Source: a virus (taxonomy: Duplodnaviria > Heunggongvirae > Uroviricota > Caudoviricetes). Taken from it: a DNA stretch of 5,337 nucleotides. The stretch is from the IMG/VR virus record IMGVR_UViG_2548876943_000007, one strand, 5' to 3'. The notes under the pieces were generated by a model. That model was not told the DNA's origin. It saw only the letters and a program-made list of their open reading frames with translations, and searched no databases. Positions 1 to 5,337 of this stretch are shown here, one piece after another. The stretch's first letter is position 1; each line of letters begins with the position of its first letter. The translations under genes and the position numbers were made by a program.

Positions 1-28
1 GAAAAGGTACGCTCCATGATTTTGTCAT
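1..28 (-). CDS. Partial 5' end of a leftward gene downstream of N (start codon complementary to 26-28, continues off the left edge); product unknown
   Basis: Minus-strand ATG (complement of 26-28) preceded by GAGGTGAG (complement of 31-38) at Shine-Dalgarno spacing; reading frame stays open to the window edge (MTKSWSVPF...). Position matches the early-left operon of lambdoid phages. Only 9 codons are visible. Confidence 0.3.
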
Positions 29-228
29 ATCTCACCTCAAATAAGTGGTTTGCTGCGAAAGTAAATATGCTTAAGTTACCTGTTATTTATCCCACCAAGT
101 TCCGTATCTATCTATCCAGTTACACCAATCATCGACACTCCATTTTGTTGTGTCGCATTTTGGCAACTGGCATGAATATCTACCTTCTTTGTAAAGTCGG
201 CGTTTGACTTTCTTGAGCATGGCTCACC

Positions 229-534
229 TCAATCGTAATAAGCTGGAATTGATTTTCCGCGTTGCTTCTGGCGGCCTGAGCAGGTCACCCCCATTTCACT
301 GCGTGGTTTGCGGTAGTAAATACGGTTCTGTTTACGCTCGACTTCTTCTGCCTTCTTGCAGCGAAGGCTTCCGAGTGATGCTGCTTTATCTGCTCTGACG
401 CAACCAGAGAGCTTTAGCGCAATTTTTCGCGCCAGTCGCTGCTCTTGCATTGCCTGTTCACGTTGAGCCTGTCTGCGTGATCTGCGGCGATTTCTGGCGT
501 TATCGTCAGCCAGATATGTAATGACTACTGTCAT
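229..534 (-). CDS. N: Antitermination protein N-like (101 aa)
   Basis: ORF track 229..534 (-). N-terminal arginine-rich motif (NARNRRRSRRQAQREQ) resembles the boxB-binding ARM of lambda N. C-terminal YYRKPRSEMGVTCSGRQKQRGKSIPA resembles the lambda N C-terminus (WYSKPGERGITCSGRQKIKGKSIPLI) as recalled from memory. GGAGG lies 5 nt upstream of the ATG (complement of 537-541). Sits downstream of nutL and pL as in lambda. Confidence 0.85.
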   Translation of the reverse strand: MTVVITYLADDNARNRRRSRRQAQREQAMQEQRLARKIALKLSGCVRADKAASLGSLRCKKAEEVERKQNRIYYRKPRSEMGVTCSGRQKQRGKSIPAYYD

Positions 535-845
535 GTTGACCTCCGATGAAACAACTTTGGAATTTTTTTATTACAAAGTGGTTTCCTTCCCCGCCAATTA
601 GACGGGGATGGAAGAGCATTTATGAGCCTTTATGGACTCTGCTCGATCAGTTCTATTTAATTAATCTCTCAATTGAATGTAAGTATTCACATAAATCCTC
701 CTACCTCTTGTGCAGCTTTCTTGAATATGGTGGCGGCTGCATAACGCCTATGGAATTGACTTTGGCGGTGACGCGCCGGGTGCTTATCTTCCGGTTGCCG
801 TCGTGCAGCTGCACTTCACGTCACCCCAAAGCCAACTACTCTTTG

Positions 846-889
846 GTTCCCGCATTTCGGCGGGACAATCCCATCAATGTTAAAGAACC
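846..889 (-). promoter_or_regulatory. nutL site: boxA (complement of 878-889, GGTTCTTTAACA) and boxB hairpin (complement of 848-865, TCCCGC-CGAAAT-GCGGGA)
   Basis: The 18-nt boxB hairpin on the minus strand is identical to the boxB hairpin found on the plus strand downstream of cro (2545-2562). boxA resembles the CGCTCTTTAACA consensus. boxA precedes boxB by about 12 nt. The site lies between the predicted pL and N. Confidence 0.8.
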
Positions 890-934
890 TGCCAATCTTT
901 TCCGTTTGGCTTCCAGCTTCCTGCTGATGGCTAA

Positions 935-1022
935 AGAATACTGTAGGTATTTTATTGTGCAAATACCCAAGGTATTTATTTTTGATGAAATAATGATAAG
1001 CAAATGAATACAAAGGATATTT
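935..1022 (-). promoter_or_regulatory. OL/pL region: operators OL-a (936-952, GAATACTGTAGGTATTT), OL-b (961-977, AAATACCCAAGGTATTT), possible OL-c (1006-1022, GAATACAAAGGATATTT); candidate pL -35 TTTGCA (complement of 958-963) and -10 TATTCT (complement of 935-940)
   Basis: Imperfect palindromes of the form AATAC-N5-GTATT recur here and in the cI-cro intergenic region. OL-b closely matches OR-a (AAATACCCTGAGTATTG) and OL-a matches OR-b (GAATACCTGTAGTATTC). Promoter hexamers with a 17-bp spacer overlap the operators and point leftward toward nutL and N. Confidence 0.7.
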
Positions 1023-1107
1023 ATTTTTTCGGTGTCTGCTTGTTCAGTGCTTTTTATGCGGGATATGTGAAGTGGATCCCGATAGCTATTGCTGCCGGGA
1101 TTATAGG

Positions 1108-1476
1108 TTAGTCAGCGAAGGTTAAGACGAGAATTACCTTAATGATGTCTGCTACAACAGACACGGCCATAGATAAACCAAAGACGATCCAAGCCACAGT
1201 GATGTCTTCACTACCATCGTATAGAGTTCCGTAATCACTGGTGTAAGGCGTAAATGTCGCGCCTTGATACAATAGGTATAAGCTTGATCCATAGAGGATA
1301 AATGCAGATATCCCTTGTATTGCTATGATCACCAGAATCATGAAACGAGCTGATCTATGCGCCCAAGCCTGGCTTATTTTTTCTGATAGAGATTTCGCAA
1401 TAAAAGCATGCGCTAAGCCGTAAATTGTCGAGATTGCCAACATCCCAAAAAAGCTTGCTATAGCGGTTCCAACCAT
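1108..1476 (-). CDS. Small integral membrane protein (122 aa, about 3 predicted TM helices), co-oriented with and immediately downstream of cI; candidate lysogen-expressed exclusion or defence protein
   Basis: ORF track 1108..1476 (-). Three long hydrophobic stretches (about residues 2-27, 45-70, 93-119) flank an acidic and aromatic loop (TPYTSDYGTLYDGSEDIT). RBS AAGGGGG lies about 7 nt upstream of the ATG. Only 18 bp separate the cI stop from this start, which implies co-transcription from pRM. It occupies the slot between cI and pL that lambda uses for rexA-rexB. No sequence family recognised. Confidence 0.7.
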   Translation of the reverse strand: MVGTAIASFFGMLAISTIYGLAHAFIAKSLSEKISQAWAHRSARFMILVIIAIQGISAFILYGSSLYLLYQGATFTPYTSDYGTLYDGSEDITVAWIVFGLSMAVSVVADIIKVILVLTFAD

Positions 1477-1494
1477 AAGCGCCCCCTTGCGTGA

Positions 1495-2211
1495 TCAAAC
1501 CAGCCTTAGTTTTGTCTCAATTGCAACGCCTATAATCTTGCAGTTTCCATTGATTGGCACGAGAGGCCATGCAGGGTTAAGTCCCTTGAGGTATTTATTT
1601 CCGCCGTCGATTATCAGCTTCTTGAATGTTGCTTCGTTAGAGTCAGAAAGTTTTGCTATGACCAAGCTGCCGTTGATCGCCTCCCTTCCGGTATCGAAAA
1701 GAACGAATGTTCCCTCTGGAATGCTTAACCCAACCGGTGCCGTCATTGAATCACCTTCCACTTTAAGCCAGAACGCATTACCTTGAATATGCGCGTCAGA
1801 CTCAAGCCAAACATCTATGTCTTTAATGGTGTATGGTTCGCATGCTTCACACCACGAGCCAGCCTGGATACTGCTTAACACCGGATACCTCTTTCCTGCT
1901 CTGTATTCCCCTGCATACCTTACGTTGGCATCGCTCTTAAGGCTTTCTGCCTGTTCTGCAACCTTGGCAGCAATTGACTGGCTAAAATCAGCAATTGAGA
2001 CTTGCAACAAACGTGCAAAACCAGATGCGACCTCAACGTTTAGCGCGTTTCTGCCATTAAGATAATGCCCTACCGCTCCTTGGGTGATACCCAGTTCATC
2101 AGCGATTGAGTATTGGGTTATTCCCAATTCTTTCTTTTTTGACTCATACAAAGCCTTAAGCCGCTTAGCGTCTTCGAGCTGTTCTGTCGTCAGTGATTTT
2201 TTATTTTCCAT
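1495..2211 (-). CDS. cI: CI-type phage repressor (238 aa): N-terminal HTH plus C-terminal LexA-like S24 autopeptidase domain
   Basis: ORF track 1495..2211 (-). HTH segment ITQYSIADELGITQGAVGHYLNG. C-terminal region RYPVLSSIQAGSW...AFWLKVEGDSMTAP...ATFKKLI resembles lambda cI (Ala-Gly cleavage site, catalytic Ser in GDSM, Lys in FKKL) as recalled from memory. Divergent from cro across an operator-rich intergenic region. No Shine-Dalgarno precedes the ATG. Confidence 0.95.
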   Translation of the reverse strand: MENKKSLTTEQLEDAKRLKALYESKKKELGITQYSIADELGITQGAVGHYLNGRNALNVEVASGFARLLQVSIADFSQSIAAKVAEQAESLKSDANVRYAGEYRAGKRYPVLSSIQAGSWCEACEPYTIKDIDVWLESDAHIQGNAFWLKVEGDSMTAPVGLSIPEGTFVLFDTGREAINGSLVIAKLSDSNEATFKKLIIDGGNKYLKGLNPAWPLVPINGNCKIIGVAIETKLRLV

Positions 2212-2295
2212 AGCTTAATTCTAATAGCTAAGGTACTTAAACTAAAAATACCCTGAGTATTGATTGCTTTGAATACCTGTAGTATTCTTTGTTCA
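2212..2295. promoter_or_regulatory. OR switch region: operators OR-c (2223-2237, AATAGCTAAGGTACT, degenerate), OR-a (2246-2262), OR-b (2271-2287); candidate pR -35 TTGATT (2260-2265) and -10 TATTCT (2283-2288); candidate pRM -10 TAGAAT (complement of 2218-2223)
   Basis: Three AATAC-N5-GTATT-type imperfect palindromes spaced about 24-25 bp centre to centre between the divergent cI and cro starts. Promoter-like hexamers overlap the operators in both directions. The pRM -10 sits 6 nt from the cI ATG, implying a leaderless cI mRNA. Confidence 0.7.
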
Positions 2296-2317
2296 TGGTT
2301 AATAACGGAGAGTGCAT

Positions 2318-2512
2318 ATGATTCGAATGACACTTGCCGATTACGCCAAAATCCATGGACAGGCTAAAGCAGCCAGTGACTTTGGTGTAATCCAGTGCGC
2401 TATCAGCAAGGCCATTCTGGCAGGCCGTAACATTATGGTTACGGTAAAGCCTGATGGCAGTGTGATTGGAGAGGAAGTTCGTCCTTTCCCAAGCAACAAG
2501 AAAAACAAATAG
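2318..2512 (+). CDS. cro: Cro-like repressor (64 aa from ATG 2318; the ORF track begins at an upstream in-frame GTG at 2312)
   Basis: Translation [64 protein letters not shown] closely resembles lambda Cro ([59 protein letters not shown]) as recalled from memory. GGAG at 2306-2309 lies 8 nt before the ATG at 2318. Divergent from cI. Confidence 0.9.
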   Translation: MIRMTLADYAKIHGQAKAASDFGVIQCAISKAILAGRNIMVTVKPDGSVIGEEVRPFPSNKKNK

Positions 2513-2518
2513 TAACAC

Positions 2519-2563
2519 CGCTCTTTAACAGTCATGGTCCTCATTCCCGCCGAAATGCGGGAA
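2519..2563 (+). promoter_or_regulatory. nutR site: boxA CGCTCTTTAACA (2519-2530) and boxB hairpin TTCCCGC-CGAAAT-GCGGGAA (2544-2563)
   Basis: boxA matches the consensus. A perfect 7-bp stem with a 6-nt loop follows 13 nt downstream. The same hairpin occurs in inverted orientation at nutL. Location between cro and cII matches lambda nutR. Confidence 0.85.
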
Positions 2564-2569
2564 TACAAC

Positions 2570-2600
2570 GCGCATAAGTTGATGCGCATAACTTCTTATT
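2570..2600 (+). terminator. tR1-like hairpin (GCGCAT-AAGTTG-ATGCGC, 2570-2587) followed by a U-rich tract (AUAACUUCUUAUU)
   Basis: A 6-bp GC-rich perfect stem with a 6-nt loop directly downstream of nutR and upstream of cII, followed by a moderately U-rich tail. This is the position of lambda tR1, which N antitermination overrides. Confidence 0.4.
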
Positions 2601-2620
2601 AGTTAAGGAAATACTTACAT

Positions 2621-2899
2621 ATGCAACTTACAAGTACTCGCAAGAAAGCGAATGCAATTACAAGCAACATCCTGAATCGAATTGCTGTACGTGGTCAGCG
2701 AAAGGTTGCCGACGCGTTAGGGATTAATGAATCGCAAATTTCGCGATGGAAAGACAGCTTCATCCCCAAAATGGGAATGCTTCTTGCTGTTCTTGAATGG
2801 GGTGTTGAAGACGAGGAGTTGGCGGAACTGGCTAAGAAAGTAGCCAGAATGCTGACAAAAGAAAAAGCCCCGAAGAACGGCGAATTCTTCGAGGCCTGA
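2621..2899 (+). CDS. cII: CII-like transcriptional activator (92 aa)
   Basis: ORF track 2621..2899 (+). Segment ESQISRWKDSFIPKMGMLLAVLEWGVEDEELAELAKKVARMLT closely resembles lambda CII (KSQISRWKRDWIPKFSMLLAVLEWGVVDDDMARLARQVAAILT) as recalled from memory. AAGGA lies upstream of the ATG. Position after cro and nutR. Confidence 0.9.
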   Translation: MQLTSTRKKANAITSNILNRIAVRGQRKVADALGINESQISRWKDSFIPKMGMLLAVLEWGVEDEELAELAKKVARMLTKEKAPKNGEFFEA

Positions 2900-2933
2900 T
2901 GTAGAAAGACTGGATCAATCCACAGGAGTAATT

Positions 2934-3095
2934 ATGACAAAACGTCGTAAGAAATACCAGGAAAAAGAAGAGATTCGACACCCTGATTCACCTGAGGGAT
3001 TAGTGGTAGCCGCAGCAAATAACAGGGCGTTCGCAGAGCGCCTTGTTGGTGTTTACAGACTAGCCAAAGCAGGAGTGAAACATGGGCGTCGTTAA
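2934..3095 (+). CDS. Small basic hypothetical protein (53 aa) between cII and O, overlapping the O start by 14 nt
   Basis: ATG at 2934 preceded by AGGAG (2924-2928) at 5-nt spacing. Translation [53 protein letters not shown], stop TAA at 3093-3095. Absent from the ORF track only because it is shorter than the track's length cutoff. No family recognised. Confidence 0.5.
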   Translation: MTKRRKKYQEKEEIRHPDSPEGLVVAAANNRAFAERLVGVYRLAKAGVKHGRR

Positions 3096-3912
3096 GTTAG
3101 CTGATTACAGGCCTCAACTGGAGGTCGTGGAGCATCGCGTGGCAGAACTCGAAGATGGCTACACTCGGACTGCAAACACACTGTTAGAAGCCGCCATGCT
3201 TTCTGGACTTACTCTACATCAGTTACTGATTGTTATGGCTGTGTGGCGCAAGACATACGGTTACAACAAAAAAATAGATTGGATCGGAAACGAACAGTTC
3301 GCTGAACTCACTGGCATGGCACCAACCAAATGTTCTACCGCCAAAAACGAGCTTATCAGAATGGGAGTTCTCATTCAGGTGGGGCGTCAAGTTGGTATGA
3401 ATACAAACATTTCAGAGTGGAAAACGAAAGTTAACGGATTTGGTAAAACATTTACCAAATCGGTAAAACAAACCTTCACTAAATCGGTAAAAAGCAATTT
3501 ACCGAATCAGTCAAACACAAAAGACAATATACAAAAGACAATAAATACAAATACCCCCTTACCCCCTAACGGGGGCGGCGATGGGCAGGTTAAACCTGAA
3601 CGTCGCAAGGCAGAACGAATCGACTACGAATCCTTCCTGAACGCCTACAACGCCGAAGTCGGTGACAGACTGCCACACGCTGTTGCGGTCAACGAGAAAC
3701 GCAAACGCCGCCTGAAGAAAATCATCCCGCAACTGAAAACGCCAAATGTGGACGGTTTCAGAGCGTATGTCAGGGCGTTTGTGCATCAGGCCAAACCGTT
3801 TTACTTCGGAGACAACGACACGGGCTGGACGGCTGATTTTGATTACCTGCTGAGGGAAGACTCGTTAACGGGAGTTCGGGAAGGGAAGTTTGCAGACAGG
3901 GGGATTGCATGA
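3082..3912 (+). CDS. O: Replication initiator, lambda O-like (276 aa), with the origin embedded in the coding sequence
   Basis: ORF track 3082..3912 (+). N-terminal region [15 protein letters not shown]...[45 protein letters not shown]...NISEW resembles the lambda O origin-binding domain as recalled from memory. A central low-complexity linker ([47 protein letters not shown]) is encoded by the iteron and AT-rich DNA. The stop overlaps the helicase start (ATGA at 3909-3912). Confidence 0.9.
   Translation: MGVVKLADYRPQLEVVEHRVAELEDGYTRTANTLLEAAMLSGLTLHQLLIVMAVWRKTYGYNKKIDWIGNEQFAELTGMAPTKCSTAKNELIRMGVLIQVGRQVGMNTNISEWKTKVNGFGKTFTKSVKQTFTKSVKSNLPNQSNTKDNIQKTINTNTPLPPNGGGDGQVKPERRKAERIDYESFLNAYNAEVGDRLPHAVAVNEKRKRRLKKIIPQLKTPNVDGFRAYVRAFVHQAKPFYFGDNDTGWTADFDYLLREDSLTGVREGKFADRGIA
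3439..3580. repeat. Candidate origin of replication: dyad iterons (3439-3459 TTTGGTAAA-ACA-TTTACCAAA; 3484-3505 TCGGTAAA-AAGCAA-TTTACCGA; GGTAAAA repeated at 3442, 3462, 3485), an AT-rich tract with tandem CAAAAGACAATA (3508-3553), then a GC-rich CCCCC...GGGGG element (3554-3580)
   Basis: Directly visible repeated and inverted GGTAAA/TTTACC motifs inside the O-like gene, followed by an A-rich region and a GC-rich dyad. This is the same layout as lambda ori (iterons, AT-rich region, palindrome) inside the O gene. Confidence 0.8.
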
Positions 3913-5285
3913 GACAGGATATCGAAGCGAGCGTTATCGGTGGCCTGCTGATTGGTGGATTAACTCCAACCGCCAGTGACGTTCTGGCAACGCTTGAGCC
4001 GGAAGCGTTTTCAATTCCGCTCTACAGGAAAGCCTTCGAGGTTATCCGCAAGCAGGCGCGAAACAGAAACCTAATCGACGCGCTGATGGTTGCCGAGGCG
4101 TGCGGAGAGGAGCATTTCACGTCAATCCTGATGACCAGCAAAAACTGCCCGAGTGCCGCAAACCTGAAGGGATATGCCGGAATGGTCGCGGATAACTATC
4201 ACCGCCGTCTGGTGCTGGAAATCATGGATGAAATGCGTGAACCAATTCAGAGCGGAACCATCGACGCATCGAGTCAGGCGATGGACGAGCTTGTAAAGCG
4301 TCTTTCAGCCATCAGAAAGCCCCGTGACGAGGTTAAACCTGTACGGTTAGGGGAAATCATCACCGACTACACTGACACGCTTGACAGGCGTCTGAGGAAC
4401 GGAGAAGAGTCAGATACCCTGAAGACCGGAATCGAAGAACTTGACGCCATCACCGGAGGGATGAACGCAGAAGACCTGGTGATTATCGCCGCTCGTCCTG
4501 GTATGGGGAAAACCGAACTGGCGCTGAAGATTGCCGAAGGTGTTGCAAGCCGCGTTATTCCTGGTTCTGACGTCAGGCGCGGAGTGTTGATTTTCTCGAT
4601 GGAAATGAGCGCATTGCAGATTGCAGAGCGAAGCATTGCCAACGCCGGGAGGATGTCGGTTAGCGTGCTACGAAATCCTGCATCGATGGATGACGAAGGC
4701 TGGGCACGTGTTGCTAACGGCATGAGTCAGCTTGCAGATTTGGATGTATGGGTAGTCGATGCCTCGCGGTTATCGGTAGAAGAAATTCGCTCAATCGCAG
4801 AGCGGCACAAACAGGAAAATCCAAACCTGTCACTCATCATGGCGGATTATCTTGGCCTGATTGAGAAGCCGAAAGCAGACCGCAACGACCTCGCAATTGC
4901 TCACATCTCAGGAAGCCTTAAGGCGATGGCGAAAGACCTGAAAACGCCAGTTATCTCCCTGAGTCAGCTTTCGCGCGATGTTGAGAAGCGACCAAACAAA
5001 CGCCCGACAAACGCAGATTTGCGTGATTCAGGAAGCATTGAACAGGACGCAGACTCAATCATCATGCTCTATCGGGAAGCGGTATATGACGAGAACAGTA
5101 GCGCCGCACCATTTGCTGAAATCATTGTGACGAAAAACCGTTTTGGCTCGCTTGGTACGGTTTACCAGCGGTTCTGCAACGGACACTTTGTTGCATGTGA
5201 CCAGGATGAAGCCAGACAGATTTGCACAGCATCAAATGCACCTGCTGCGCGTGGCAGACGATATGCACAAGGGGCTGACGTATGA
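3909..5285 (+). CDS. Replicative DNA helicase, DnaB family (458 aa; P22 gene 12-like)
   Basis: ORF track 3909..5285 (+). Walker [15 protein letters not shown], Walker B-like [10 protein letters not shown], and [39 protein letters not shown] matching the DnaB motifs (SQLNR...[17 protein letters not shown]) as recalled from memory. Translationally coupled to the O-like gene. Confidence 0.95.
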   Translation: MRQDIEASVIGGLLIGGLTPTASDVLATLEPEAFSIPLYRKAFEVIRKQARNRNLIDALMVAEACGEEHFTSILMTSKNCPSAANLKGYAGMVADNYHRRLVLEIMDEMREPIQSGTIDASSQAMDELVKRLSAIRKPRDEVKPVRLGEIITDYTDTLDRRLRNGEESDTLKTGIEELDAITGGMNAEDLVIIAARPGMGKTELALKIAEGVASRVIPGSDVRRGVLIFSMEMSALQIAERSIANAGRMSVSVLRNPASMDDEGWARVANGMSQLADLDVWVVDASRLSVEEIRSIAERHKQENPNLSLIMADYLGLIEKPKADRNDLAIAHISGSLKAMAKDLKTPVISLSQLSRDVEKRPNKRPTNADLRDSGSIEQDADSIIMLYREAVYDENSSAAPFAEIIVTKNRFGSLGTVYQRFCNGHFVACDQDEARQICTASNAPAARGRRYAQGADV

Positions 5286-5337
5286 CCATCTACATCACTG
5301 GGCTAATAACAGGCCTGCTGGTAATCGCAGGCCTTTT
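5282..5337 (+). CDS. Partial 5' end of a downstream gene encoding a hydrophobic N-terminus ([18 protein letters not shown]...), truncated by the window edge
   Basis: ATG at 5282-5284 overlaps the helicase stop (ATGA, 5282-5285). The 18 visible codons are strongly hydrophobic, consistent with a TM segment or signal anchor. The frame is open to the window edge. Confidence 0.35.
   Translation, partial: MTIYITGLITGLLVIAGL

Noticed and set aside
16-398. Plus-strand ORFs 16..207 and 204..398
   Set aside because: Both are antisense to the N gene or its downstream region, lack an RBS, and have low-complexity translations. N on the opposite strand has clear homology features.
546-1007. 153-aa plus-strand ORF in the N to pL intergenic region
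   Set aside because: It runs antisense through nutL (boxA and boxB) and the OL operators and pL, and has no RBS. The translation is Cys- and Arg-rich and irregular, with no recognisable domain. It is most likely a chance ORF in a regulatory leader.
816-1013. 65-aa minus-strand ORF spanning OL and nutL
   Set aside because: Its start lies within or upstream of the operator cluster, so it would not be on the pL transcript. It overlaps the nut site and has no convincing RBS. Likely spurious.
1487-2065. Plus-strand ORFs 1487..1786 and 1817..2065
   Set aside because: Both lie entirely inside and antisense to the well-supported cI repressor gene. They are shadow ORFs.
2312-2317. GTG at 2312 as the cro start (as listed in the ORF track)
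   Set aside because: The ATG at 2318 has better Shine-Dalgarno spacing (GGAG at 2306-2309) and aligns better with the lambda Cro N-terminus. The GTG start would add only two residues and place the RBS too close.
2237-2589. Minus-strand ORFs 2237..2518 and 2341..2589
   Set aside because: Both are antisense to cro and nutR and overlap the OR operators. cro on the plus strand has strong similarity support.
3439-3553. CRISPR-like or tandem-repeat array
   Set aside because: The repeats are short dyad-symmetric iterons followed by an AT-rich tract, inside a replication-initiator gene. There are no regular repeat-spacer units and no cas context. An origin of replication is the better explanation.
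3559-4723. Minus-strand ORFs 3559..3786 and 4367..4723
   Set aside because: Both are antisense shadow ORFs inside the O-like and DnaB-like genes, with no RBS and no motifs.

Overview
This window reads as the immunity and replication core of a lambdoid (lambda/P22-like) temperate phage or prophage. Left to right: a partial leftward gene, an N-like antiterminator (-), nutL and a pL/OL operator cluster, a small 3-TM membrane protein co-oriented with and immediately downstream of the repressor (-), a cI-like repressor (-), a divergent OR/pRM/pR switch, then cro, nutR, cII, a 53-aa basic ORF, a lambda-O-like initiator with an embedded origin, and a DnaB-family helicase (+). All calls come from reading the sequence and the supplied ORF track, with protein similarities judged against sequences recalled from memory; no database search was run. 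The most interesting candidate for something undescribed is the membrane protein in the position lambda uses for rexAB, which is where lysogen-expressed exclusion or defence cargo is typically found. Also notable are an operator family (AATAC-N5-GTATT) that I do not recognise, and a replication module that pairs a lambda-type initiator and origin with a phage-encoded helicase.
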